The notes under the pieces are model-generated. The model was not told the DNA's origin. It saw only the letters and a program-made list of their open reading frames with translations, and searched no databases. From an uncultured Chloroflexia bacterium (lineage in GTDB: Bacteria > Chloroflexota > Dehalococcoidia > DSTF01 > JACRBR01): 64,000 nucleotides of DNA. Within the stretch, counting starts at the first letter, position 1. Every line of letters begins with the position of its first letter. Below, in pieces: positions 49,587 to 59,229 of the stretch. The position numbers were made by a program, and so were the translations under genes. The stretch spans positions 24,869 to 88,868 of the forward strand of contig CAVUOT010000007.1 of NCBI GenBank assembly GCA_963743185.1, written 5' to 3'.

Positions 49587-49901
49587 CTATCCCGCGGCCT
49601 CCGCCGTCGTCCGCACCCAGTTCCCGTTCGGATACGGCGCCGTCGGGAAGAACCCGTCGAGCCACGTCGCTGCCATCGCCGCCGCGCCGCCGCGCAGGAA
49701 CGCGCGGCAGTCCGCCTCGCTGCGCCACGTCGTGGTCTCGACCATGCCGCCGCCGTCGCCGTCACGCCGCACTTCGTGCGCGACGAAGCCGGCCTGGCGC
49801 TGGAGGTACGGCGCCACCCGCGCCACGTACGCGTCGCGCCGCTTGTCGAATTCTTCGGCCTGCGTGACGGTGGTGGCGCGCTTCAGCGTGGCGACGAACA
49901 T
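49587..49901 (-). CDS. hypothetical protein, possibly ABM (antibiotic biosynthesis monooxygenase)-like
   Basis: ORF 49587..49901, 104 aa. The size and the TTWRSEADCRAF pattern resemble ABM-fold proteins. The assignment is weak. Confidence 0.4.
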   Translation of the reverse strand: MFVATLKRATTVTQAEEFDKRRDAYVARVAPYLQRQAGFVAHEVRRDGDGGGMVETTTWRSEADCRAFLRGGAAAMAATWLDGFFPTAPYPNGNWVRTTAEAAG

Positions 49902-50154
49902 CGTGCGGTCCTTTCGGTAACCGGCCGCTCACATTGTACGCCCGCGCTGCGTGTCGACGTCGTGACCGCTACGGCGTGAGCGGGCGCTCGAAGAGGCGCT
50001 TCCAGTCCCAGTACGCGGGTTTGGGGGTGTCGCGGACCTGGGGCCACCGCGAGCGTGATCCAGCGCTTCGGACTGCCCGCCGCCACTCGCGCACCAGGCC
50101 CCCGGCCTCCACGGGCCCCGCGCCGTGAACGTCCGCGCACGCTAGCATGGTCGT

Positions 50155-51404
50155 ATGGCCGCAGGTTCTCGACGACTTGTGCCGGCAGGGGTGTTCGCCG
50201 GGCTGGTGCTGCTGTCCCTCGCGTGGTCGACGGCGGCGGCGGCGCTCCTGCCGCTGCCGGACGGCCCGAACGACTTCAACTCACCGGGGTTCGTCGTGCG
50301 GCACGCATGGGTGAAGTTCGCGCTCATAGCGACGCGTCCGGTGCGCGGCGAGATGAGCCGGCAGGACGAAGACGCCAAGGTCGCGCGCTTCTTCGCGCTG
50401 AACGCACTGATCGCGCAGCAGGAGCGGATCGCCGGCGATCCCCAGAGCGCCGCGAGCGTGGCCGCGGACGCCCGCGCGGCGGAGTCGGCGATGCGGGCGG
50501 AGCGGCGCGACCTCAAGAACACCGTCGCGCTGATCCTCGACGGGCGCCTGACTCGCGTGATCAAGGAGGCCGGCCTGACGCGGCACATCGGCGGCGACGT
50601 CGTGTGGCCGCCGGTGAACATCGAGTTCCAGGAGCCGCCAGCGGTGCTCGTGAAATCGCCGCGGTCGGAGATCAAGAAGGAGAGCGAATCGCTGCTGCAG
50701 GGCGACCTGCCGATCGCGCGCGTGCAGCAGATCGAGACGAACGCGGAGCGCGACGGGAAGACGTCGGCGCTGGTGGTGGAGATCGGCGGCATCGCGATGT
50801 ATCCGGCCATCATCCCGTTCGACGAGGACTACCACTACATCCTCCAGGACATCGCGCACGAGTGGACGCACCACTACCTCTACTTCGCGCCGCTGGGACG
50901 CGCGTACTTCGGCAGCGCGAAGCTGACCACGCTCAACGAGACGGTGGCGAACATGGTCGGGCGGGAGCTGGGCGACCGGCTGTTCCAGGAGTACCCGCTG
51001 GAGCAGCCGCCGTCCTACGTGACCATCGCGCCGATCGCGGGCCGCGCGGCCGCGGCGGTCGAGGCCGCGCCGGGCATCGATTTCACGAAGGAGATGCGCG
51101 ACCTCCGGCGGCAGGTGGAATCGCTGCTCGCGGACGGGAAGATCGATGACGCGGAGCGGGCGATGGAGGAGAAGCGCCAGTTCCTGGCGCGTGAACGGGT
51201 ACTACATCCGGCGCCTGAACCAGGCGTACTTCGCCTTCCACGGGTCGTACGCGGATTCGGCGGGATCGATCGACCCGATCGGGCCCAAGCTGGACGATCT
51301 GAGGCGAAAGGTCTGCGTCGCTGCGCGAATTCGTGTCCGTGGCGCGGCGGTTCAAGTCGGAGGGCGATCTCGACCAGGCGCTCGCGGCGAAAGCGGCTCA
51401 GTAG
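50155..51404 (+). CDS. Membrane-anchored putative zinc metallopeptidase (HExxH), family unassigned; 2 apparent frameshifts near 51190 and 51308
   Basis: ORF 50155..51447 has the signal-anchor [20 protein letters not shown] and the HExxH motif in [10 protein letters not shown]. The protein-like reading continues as [40 protein letters not shown] (51146 frame). It then reads [30 protein letters not shown] (stop at 51402-51404). Confidence 0.6.
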
Positions 51405-52432
51405 CTGGCGACGAGCGTTTCTTCTTCGGTCGGCAGGCTGCGCTTGATGACGTCGAGGTACTCGAGCGCGACACCGGCGCCGATCGCGACGCAGTCGAGC
51501 GGGTTCTCCGCGATGTGGATGGGGATGCCCGTCTCCTGCGCGAGCAGCACGTCGATGTGACGCAGCAGCGCGCCGCCGCCGGTGAGAACGATGCCGCGGT
51601 CGATGACGTCGGACGCAAGCTCCGGCGGTGTGCGCTCGAGTACGCTGCGCACGACCGACACGATGGTGGCGAGTGAGTCCTGGATCGCCGCCGTGACGTC
51701 GCTCGATGTGACGGTGAGCGTCTTCGGCAGGCCGCTGATCTGGTCGCGCCCGCGGATGTCCATCTTCAGCTCGTCGTCACCCAGCGGCACTGCGGCGCCG
51801 ATCGTCCTCTTCATCTCTTCGGCGGTGCGATCGCCGATGACGAGGTTATACCGGCGCTTGACGTAGGCGACGATCGCGTCGTCGAGCCGATCGCCGGCGA
51901 TGCGGACGCTCTCGCTGACGACGATGCCGTACATGGAGATGACCGCGGCCTCGGTGCGGCCGCCGCCGATGTCGACGACCATGTTGCCGCTCGGGGCGTT
52001 CACCGGGATACGGGCGCCGATGGCGGCAGCGAGCGGCTCCGGCACGAGGTGCACCGGCCGGCGCCCGCCGGCCTGCTCGGCGGCGTCGCGGACGGCGCGC
52101 TGTTCGACGCTCGTCACGCCGGCGGGGATGCAGACCATGACTTCGGGCTTGATCAGGTTGAAGCGGCCCACGACCTTCGTGATGAAGTAGCGGAGCATCG
52201 CTTCGGTGATCAGGTAGTCGGCGATGACGCCGTCGCGCATCGGCCGGATGACGGAGATGCTGCCCGGGACGCGGCCCATCATCTCCTGCGCCTCGCGCCC
52301 GACGGCCATCACCGTGTTGTCGCGGTTGGCCAGCGCCACGACGGATGGCTCGTTGACGACGATGCCGCGGCCTTTGACGTAGACCAGCACGTTCGCCGTG
52401 CCGAGGTCGATGCCGATACGCTTCGGAAGCAT
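51398..52432 (-). CDS. mreB: Rod shape-determining protein MreB
   Basis: ORF 51398..52432. [23 protein letters not shown] and LTGGGALL actin-fold motifs. Confidence 0.96.
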   Translation of the reverse strand: MLPKRIGIDLGTANVLVYVKGRGIVVNEPSVVALANRDNTVMAVGREAQEMMGRVPGSISVIRPMRDGVIADYLITEAMLRYFITKVVGRFNLIKPEVMVCIPAGVTSVEQRAVRDAAEQAGGRRPVHLVPEPLAAAIGARIPVNAPSGNMVVDIGGGRTEAAVISMYGIVVSESVRIAGDRLDDAIVAYVKRRYNLVIGDRTAEEMKRTIGAAVPLGDDELKMDIRGRDQISGLPKTLTVTSSDVTAAIQDSLATIVSVVRSVLERTPPELASDVIDRGIVLTGGGALLRHIDVLLAQETGIPIHIAENPLDCVAIGAGVALEYLDVIKRSLPTEEETLVASY

Positions 52433-52518
52433 AAAGATGCCCCTCCTGGGGCGGGAACCCGTGCCTTAGCAGAGAGCCTTGGGGGCCAGGGTCTGGAGCC
52501 TGGCCGCGAATCCGCGCG

Positions 52519-53784
52519 CTACGCGCGCTCTATGCCAGCGCCCAGCGCGCGCAGTTTACCATGCAGATCTTCGTGGGCGCGGTCGATGTGGTGGACTTCG
52601 TCAATCTCGGTCGTGCCCTCGGCCACGAGCGCCGCGAGGACGCAGGCGCTGCCGGCACGGACGTCCAGCGCCACGACGGGCGCCGCCTTCAGTTTCGTCG
52701 GGCCCGTGATAATGGCCGTCTGGCCGGTGGCGACGACGTTGGCGCCCATCTTGCGCAGCTCGGCGATGTAGAGCAGGCGGTTGTCGTAGACGCGTTCGTG
52801 GATCGTGCTGGCGCCGTTGGCCTGGGTGAGGAACGCCGCGAGCTGCGGCTGCAGATCCGTGGCGAGGCCGGGGTACGGCAGCGCCTGGGCGTTCACCGCG
52901 CGGTACGAGCCGCCGCCGCGCACCCGCATGCCGGCGTCCGTCGGCTCGATCGTGACCCCGGCCTCGCGCATCTTCCAGATGAGCGCGTCGAGGTGATCGG
53001 GCACCGCCTCCTCCATCTCGATCTCGCCGCAGGTGATCGCCGCGGCGAGCGCGAAGGTGCCGGCTTCGAGCCGGTCGGGGATGATGCGATGCTCGGCGCC
53101 ATGCAGTTCGCGGACGCCTTCGATGCGGAGGATCTGCGTGCCTGCGCCGCTGATGTTCGCGCCCATGGCGGTCAGCATGGAAGCGAGGCTCGTGATCTCG
53201 GGCTCGCTGGCGGCGTTGATGATCGTCGTCGTGCCTTCGGCCAGGGTGGCGGCCAGCATGACGTTGAGCGTGCCCATGACGCTGGGGTAGTCGAGCATGA
53301 CCCGCTGGCCTTGGAGCGTGCCGTCTTTGCGCACATCGAACATGTCGCCGTGCTGCGTGACGGTCGCGCCGAGCATGCGGAAGCCCGCGAGATGCACGTC
53401 GAGCGGGCGGATGCCGATGGCGTCGCCGCCCGGCGGAGGGCAGGCGGCACGTCCGAGCCGCGCCAGCAGCGGGCCCATCACCAGGAAGCTCGCCCGAAGT
53501 TGCGCCGCGATGCTGGCGGGCACTTCCCATTGCGTGATGTTGGCGCAGTTGATGCGCAGCGAGGACGGCGACGGATGGCCGACGGTCGCGCCCAGGTGCT
53601 CGAGGATCGCCTCCATCTGGCGCACGTCCCCGATGTCCGGGACGTTGTGCAGGACGACGTCTTCAGCCGAGAGCAGCGCAGCGGCAATGGCGTAGTCGGC
53701 GCCGTTCTTCGAGCCGCTGATGCGGACGCGGCCGGAAAGGCGGTTGCCGCCGGTGATCCGGTATTTCTGCTTGTCGTGCGTCAT
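52519..53784 (-). CDS. murA: UDP-N-acetylglucosamine 1-carboxyvinyltransferase
   Basis: ORF 52519..53784, 421 aa. ISGSKNGA, and ACPPPGGDAIGIRPLD (active-site Cys in place), with typical MurA length. Confidence 0.95.
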   Translation of the reverse strand: MTHDKQKYRITGGNRLSGRVRISGSKNGADYAIAAALLSAEDVVLHNVPDIGDVRQMEAILEHLGATVGHPSPSSLRINCANITQWEVPASIAAQLRASFLVMGPLLARLGRAACPPPGGDAIGIRPLDVHLAGFRMLGATVTQHGDMFDVRKDGTLQGQRVMLDYPSVMGTLNVMLAATLAEGTTTIINAASEPEITSLASMLTAMGANISGAGTQILRIEGVRELHGAEHRIIPDRLEAGTFALAAAITCGEIEMEEAVPDHLDALIWKMREAGVTIEPTDAGMRVRGGGSYRAVNAQALPYPGLATDLQPQLAAFLTQANGASTIHERVYDNRLLYIAELRKMGANVVATGQTAIITGPTKLKAAPVVALDVRAGSACVLAALVAEGTTEIDEVHHIDRAHEDLHGKLRALGAGIERA

Positions 53785-53964
53785 CGTGTCCAGAATACAG
53801 GCTGCGACGCTGCGATGTGGGGATGGCTGGCGCGGAGGGCACCCAGCGCGTGGTACGAACGCGAGGCGTTAAGGCCGGGCGGCATTCCGGCGGCAGAAGC
53901 GCCGCTTTTCGGCGCGCGGGCCGCGATCCAGCGGAAATATCCGAGCCGCTGTCAAGCTGGGGGC

Positions 53965-53992
53965 TTGACAACATAACAAACCGGATTAAGAT
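53965..53992 (+). promoter_or_regulatory. Sigma70-like promoter (TTGACA - 16 nt - TAAGAT)
   Basis: cTTGACAacataacaaaccggatTAAGATag. A perfect -35 and a TAnnnT -10. It faces the surface-protein cluster and lies ~810 nt upstream of its first start codon. Confidence 0.5.
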
Positions 53993-54804
53993 AGTGGTTA
54001 GTCGTTAAAAACCAATGTGATCGACACGGGAACGGCTCGGTGAAGAGCAGTAGTCACTGCTTGATTCCGTGCCCGGTTCCGCCGCTGAAGGCACGTCCCT
54101 CCCCCGCCGTGCCTGCATTGGTTCGTACCGCCGGGCGGCGAAGCAACGATTGGTGGGGCATGATGCGCCACGACAACGACCTGCAACGAAGTCTGGACGA
54201 CACGGCAAGCGCACCACGATGTGTACGCCCCGTACCGCTTCGCGATGTCTCGCGGCGTCCAATCAGCCCCATGCACGATCGGGCGGACCGGCCCACTACG
54301 AAGGGGCCGTACGGCCGCTGGACGGGCACGGCATATTGGTTAATGTCAATACGCTCCCGGTGGGAGGAAACACCGCAAGGATGCAGCGAGCAACGCAGGG
54401 AATGTAAGTAGGGATTCAGGGGACTGCGTTACATCCTCATCCTGGCGCGCCGCTCGAGCGGCTCCCGCCCGGTGGCATCAGTCGATCATCGTGGTTTCAT
54501 CAGCGTCCGGCCGCCAGGCCCGGATACCGCGCGCAGGCCCGGACGCTATGTAACGACCCCGCAGAGATCATGAGACCGCAGGAAAGGAGGCACGGCCTAT
54601 TGAACCATCACCGCAGATAGTAGAGCCCTGACAGGCGGTGACCTGCCAGGGCCCTGAGGACGAAGGCCGGCCGAAGCCCAACCTGCGCCGCAATTCAGTT
54701 TGACACGGTTGGACATGCCTCGGCCAGCGAATGAAACGCCTGCCCTGATGCCCCGGCGGAGGGCAGGCACACGCTTCGTTGCAACGAACGAAAGAAGGAC
54801 AACC

Positions 54805-56124
54805 GTGAAGCTACATTCCTATCGAGGGCTCCTCGTACTGGGGGCGCTGATGGCGATCGCGCTCATCGCGACCTTCAGCGTCAGCGGTACCGCCCGCGCC
54901 GATACCGTGCCGACCAAGGGTGTGATCGGCGTCAGCGGAACCGGACCCGTCATCGAGTGCAAGTGGGAACTGCCCGACATGAACTCGAGTGCCGCGGGCA
55001 TCCAGTACACCAAGGCGCCTGGCCATCTGCACGACGACGACATGACCATCGCTCCCGGACCACCGGTGCCTTGCCACGGCCCGGGCGACGCGGTGCCCAC
55101 GAAGCCGACGCAGGCAAACGGCGTCCACAACATGATCCAGGTGGCGCCGAACTTCGAGAATCTGCCCGAACAGCGCCAGATCCAGAACTGGATGGCGGTC
55201 GACGACCCGGGCACGGTCAGCGACACCTTCTGGATCGTCTGGGAGCCCTGCACGACGGTGACGAACCCGCTCTGCGGCCTCGCGCCAGCACCGGCCCCGA
55301 ACCTCGTGAAGAAGCTGCAGGTACATGGCACGCAGCTAGCACTGGCGGAGTGCCAGGCGCTCGCGGGCACGAGCACGACGGACGGCTCGATGATCGAGGC
55401 CGCGGTCCACACGGGCCAGGTCACGGCCGACTCGTTCACCGACCTGAACAAGGGCATGATCTCGCTCTGCAACCAGAACGTGAAGGGCCTCTACCACGCG
55501 GAATGGCCGCTGAGCAAAGACCAGCCCTGCGGTGAGTACCGCATCGACGCCACCGCCGTCTCCGTCGGCGGTGCCGTGTCGACGCTCACGAACTACATCG
55601 ACATCCTCTGCACGTTCCAGCTGAAGATCGACTTCGGCGGCGACCCGACCGTGCCGTGTGCGGGTGGCATCACCTGGCCGGCGCTGGTTCCGGGAAGCAC
55701 GAGCACGGTCGGTGGTGACCTGATCTTCGCGCCGGGGTGCGACACGCACCCGACGGTGAAGAACGTCGGCAACAGCGGCATGGGCCTGAAGCTCACCTAC
55801 AGCGACCTGGTGGGCGCCACGTTCGGGAAGCACATCTACACGTTCGACGCCTGCTACGGCCGCGCGCCGGACGCGACGCTGAAGTGCTTCCCCTCGATCA
55901 TCAACCAGCCGGCGCAGACGACGCCGACCTCCCCTGAGATCGACACCCAGGTGGACTTCGGCACGTTGCCTGCGCAGGTGCTCTGTGCGAACGAGCTGGG
56001 CAAGCTCGACCCGTCGGTGCACCCGCAGGCCGGACTGCCTGCGGACACCTACAACGGTACGGCGACGCTTGTTGGCTACGCCGTGCCGGGCGAGTGCCTC
56101 GGCAACAAGCACGTTGGCCCATAG
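54805..56124 (+). CDS. Secreted cysteine-rich surface protein, unassigned family (paralog 1)
   Basis: ORF 54700..56124. The start was chosen at GTG 54805 by homology with paralog 2 (same GAAAGA(A/G)G(G/A)ACAACC-GTG context). Signal peptide LLVLGALMAIALIATFSVSGTARA|DT. There are 16 Cys. The C-terminal half looks like an Ig/CARDB-like sandwich (IDFGG...PTVKNVGNSGMGLKLTYS). Confidence 0.85.
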   Translation: MKLHSYRGLLVLGALMAIALIATFSVSGTARADTVPTKGVIGVSGTGPVIECKWELPDMNSSAAGIQYTKAPGHLHDDDMTIAPGPPVPCHGPGDAVPTKPTQANGVHNMIQVAPNFENLPEQRQIQNWMAVDDPGTVSDTFWIVWEPCTTVTNPLCGLAPAPAPNLVKKLQVHGTQLALAECQALAGTSTTDGSMIEAAVHTGQVTADSFTDLNKGMISLCNQNVKGLYHAEWPLSKDQPCGEYRIDATAVSVGGAVSTLTNYIDILCTFQLKIDFGGDPTVPCAGGITWPALVPGSTSTVGGDLIFAPGCDTHPTVKNVGNSGMGLKLTYSDLVGATFGKHIYTFDACYGRAPDATLKCFPSIINQPAQTTPTSPEIDTQVDFGTLPAQVLCANELGKLDPSVHPQAGLPADTYNGTATLVGYAVPGECLGNKHVGP

Positions 56125-56173
56125 CTGACCTCGTGCTGCCTGAGGAAAGACGGCACGACTCATGGAACGTCCG

Positions 56174-56201
56174 GGGTGGGGGGCTTGCGGGCCCCCCACC
56201 C
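56174..56201 (+). terminator. GC-rich hairpin between paralog 1 and paralog 2
   Basis: GGGTGGGGGGC-ttgcgg-GCCCCCCACCC, an 11-bp perfect stem. With no U-tract it could act as an attenuator, stabiliser or terminator. Confidence 0.4.
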
Positions 56202-56321
56202 GAACCACCGGGGCAGGAACCCCGAGGAGGTTGCGAAGCAGAGGACGGGAACGCCGAAGCATAGTGCTCGAGAGCGGCACCGCCTTTCCCGCAGCGGTAC
56301 ACGCACGAAAGAGAGACAACC

Positions 56322-57668
56322 GTGAAGCTACATTCTTACAGAGGGCTCCTCGTGCTGGTGGCGCTGATGGCGATCGCGCTCGTCGCGACCTTCAGCGTCG
56401 GCGGTACCGTCCGCGCTGACACCGTGCCGACGAGCGGCGTTATCAGCGCAAACGGAACGGGTCCGGTCATCGAGTGCAAGTGGGAACTGCCCGACATGGA
56501 CTCCTACACGCCGGGCATCCAGTACACCCGGCCCGCCCCTGCGCCCGGGCACCTCCACGACGACGATCTGGGCGTCGTCCCGGACAGGGACAACGACCCG
56601 GCGAACGGCACCCAGGTGCCGTGCCACGGACCGGGCGACACGCCGCCCACGAATCCGACGATGCCGCAGGGCGTCCGGCACATGGTCCAGGTGGCGCCGA
56701 ACTTCGAGAATCTGCCCGAGCAGCGCCAGATCCAGAACTGGATGGCAGTCGATGACCCGGGCACCGTCAGCGACACCTTCTGGATCGTCTGGGAGCCCTG
56801 CACGGCGGTGACGAACCCGCTCTGCGGCGCCACCTACCCGGGCCTCGCGAAGAAGCTCCAGGTGCACGGCACGATGCTAACACTGGCGGAGTGCCAGGCG
56901 CTCGCGGGCACGAGCACGACGGACGGCGCGATGGTTGAGGCCGCGATCGACACCGACCAGGTCACGGCGGACTCGTTCACCGACCTGAACAAGGGCATGA
57001 TCTCGCTCTGCAACGAGAACGTGAAGGGCCTCTACCACGCGGAATGGCCGCTGAGCAAAGACCAGCCGTGCGGTGAGTACCGCATCGACGCCACCGCCGT
57101 TTCCATCGGCGGCGCCACGACGACGCTCACGAACTACATCGACATCATCTGCACGTTCCAGCTGAAGATCGACTTCGGCGGCGACTCGAGCGTGCCCTGC
57201 CCCGGTGGCATCACCTTCCCGACACTGGTTCCGGGCGGCTCCAGCACCGTCGGCGGTGACCTGCTCTTCCTGCCGGGGTGCGACACGCACCCGACGGTGA
57301 AGAACGTCGGCAACAGCGGCATGGGCCTGAAGCTCACCTACGGCGACCTCGTGGGCGCCACGTTCGGGAAGCACATCTACACGTTCGACGCCTGCTACGG
57401 CCGGGCGCCGGACGCCACCCTGAAGTGCTTCAACCCCATCATCAACCAGCCGGCGCAGACGACGCCGACCTCCCCCGAGATCGACACCGAAGTGGACTTC
57501 GGCACGTTGCCTGCGCAGGTGCTCTGTGCGAACGAGCTGGGCAAGCTCGACCCGTCGGTGCACCCGCAGGCCGGACTGCCCGCGGACACCTACAACGGTA
57601 CGGCGACGCTTGTTGGTTACGCCGTACCGGGCGAGTGCTTCGGCAACAAGCACGGGGAAACTCAGTGA
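56322..57668 (+). CDS. Secreted cysteine-rich surface protein, unassigned family (paralog 2)
   Basis: ORF 56322..57668 (GTG start). By eye about 85-90% identical to paralog 1 at the protein level, with an 11-residue longer variable loop after the CKWELPDM motif. Confidence 0.88.
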   Translation: MKLHSYRGLLVLVALMAIALVATFSVGGTVRADTVPTSGVISANGTGPVIECKWELPDMDSYTPGIQYTRPAPAPGHLHDDDLGVVPDRDNDPANGTQVPCHGPGDTPPTNPTMPQGVRHMVQVAPNFENLPEQRQIQNWMAVDDPGTVSDTFWIVWEPCTAVTNPLCGATYPGLAKKLQVHGTMLTLAECQALAGTSTTDGAMVEAAIDTDQVTADSFTDLNKGMISLCNENVKGLYHAEWPLSKDQPCGEYRIDATAVSIGGATTTLTNYIDIICTFQLKIDFGGDSSVPCPGGITFPTLVPGGSSTVGGDLLFLPGCDTHPTVKNVGNSGMGLKLTYGDLVGATFGKHIYTFDACYGRAPDATLKCFNPIINQPAQTTPTSPEIDTEVDFGTLPAQVLCANELGKLDPSVHPQAGLPADTYNGTATLVGYAVPGECFGNKHGETQ

Positions 57669-57711
57669 TCGGCGTCTCGACCGTCTGAACGGCGGCGGGA
57701 TGCACGTACGG

Positions 57712-57737
57712 GGCGGGAGGCTCGCGAGCCTTCCGCC
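57712..57737 (+). terminator. GC-rich hairpin after paralog 2
   Basis: GGCGGGAGGCTCG/CGAGCCTTCCGCC, which has one G-U pair and no U-tract. Confidence 0.3.
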
Positions 57738-57773
57738 ACGAAACATCGGGGCGTGAACCTCGGGGAGGTGGCG

Positions 57774-59142
57774 ATGGAGAAGACGGGAATGCCGAGGATG
57801 CTGCTCACGCGCGGCGTCGCCATCTGCCTGGTCGCAGCGGTGGTGTTCGCCGCCGCCTGTAGTGGCGGCGGTCCACGCCCGACGCCGACGGCGACGACCG
57901 CCGTCGAGACGCCACAGGCCACCAACACGCCGGTCTACGGGACGCCGATCGCGCCGCCACCCACCCCGTTGCCCGTCCCGCAGGGCACCGAAGACTCGTC
58001 CGAAGGCATCGGCGTCTACCCGTCCCTGCTTGGCTTCCCCGACGCTCTGCGCGGGCGCGAGTACTTCGGTACCGTCGGCATCCAGAACGGCGGGCCGCGT
58101 GACCACACGTACCGTTTCGAGACCACCGGCGACACCGCGCCCTGGCTCACGTTCGTGACTCCGGACCGCACGACGCCGCTTACGCAAGTCGACGTGCCGC
58201 CGCGTAACAGCACGCAGGTCATCGTGAAGGCCGTGGTGCCGGCGGGAATTCCCAACGGCGATTACGCAGGCACCATCCGCGTCCTCACCACCACCAGCGA
58301 CCGCGCCGGCGCGGAGAGCTCGGGCGCGGGCGTGACGATCGGCGCCGAGGTGAGCGTGAACCTCGCCGTCACCGGCACGCAGAGGATCGAAGGCCAGTTC
58401 GTCGACGCGGGCGCGTCCGACGTCGAATCGGGCCACCCGCTGCGCATCCAGTCGCAGCTCGCCAACACGGGCAACGTGCAGGTCAACCCGTCGATCGACG
58501 TCGACATTCTGGGCGGCTTCGGCAACGCCGTCGATCACGTGACGTTTGCCGTTGACCCTGTCTACCCGAGCGATAGGAAGCAGATCACGAACGAGTGGCC
58601 GACGGAAGGCCGGCCGCATCGGCGAATACGTCGGCCGCGTCTCCGTCAAGTTCGGCGACCTTGATCTGGGCACGAAGGAAGTGCGCTTCAACATCGTGCC
58701 CGTGGGCACCTACTCGCGGCGCGGCGAGCTGCAAGACGTACACCTGACGAACGCGCCGCGCGTGGGCGATCTCGCGAAACTCGTCGCCGTCTTCAAGAAC
58801 ACGGGCCAGATCGAAACGAAGGGGAAGTTCGTGGGCGAGCTCTACATCGGCGACCGGCTGATCGCCCCGCTCACCAGCGAGGAGCAGCTCTTGCTTCCGG
58901 GCGGCACCGGCGATCTCGAAATCCTGACGCGTATCACCGAGAACGCCACGTACACCATCAAAGGCAAGATCAACTACGAAGGACGTGAGACCGACACCCA
59001 GCAGTTCACATTCCGCGTCGGCGAGGAGGGCGGCAGATCGCCGCTGACGTGGGCGCTACTCATCGCCGGCGGCGCGGCGGTCGTGATCGTACTGGGCGCA
59101 GGCGGCTGGATGGTCCGCCGGAATAGGGCAGCTGCTCGGTGA
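57774..59142 (+). CDS. Putative lipoprotein with repeated CARDB/NEW3-like Ig domains and a C-terminal TM anchor (COG1470-like); apparent frameshift near 58615
   Basis: ATG 57774 is preceded by GGGGAGG. Lipobox-like VVFAAAC|SGG, then a Pro/Thr linker. The domains carry patterns such as VPAGIPNGDYAGTIRV and NTGNVQVNP (ORF 57753..58664). The reading continues in ORF 58546..59142 (GEYVGRVSVKFGDLDLGTKEVRF...FKNTGQIETKG...). It ends with TM WALLIAGGAAVVIVLGAGGWMV followed by RRNR. Confidence 0.75.
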
Positions 59143-59229
59143 GCTGACAGGCAAGGACAGCCGCCGTACACGCGCCGCCCGGCGCGAGGCGGACGGGGCG
59201 TCTCGTCGAGCCGGAAACGAAACACACCT

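Noticed and set aside
54040-54411. 123 aa ORF (and neighbours 53817..54008 and 54069..54407) inside the long leader, as protein-coding genes.
   Set aside because: They have no SD or start context and overlap ORFs in several frames. Their composition is odd (Cys/Arg/Pro-rich) and no motif is present. The region is better described as non-coding, although indels could hide a gene.
56125-56321. Small ORFs in the spacer between paralogs 1 and 2 (for example 56162..56419 +).
   Set aside because: They overlap the hairpin and the start of paralog 2 and show shadow-ORF composition. The spacer is better explained by a hairpin plus the duplicated 5' UTR.
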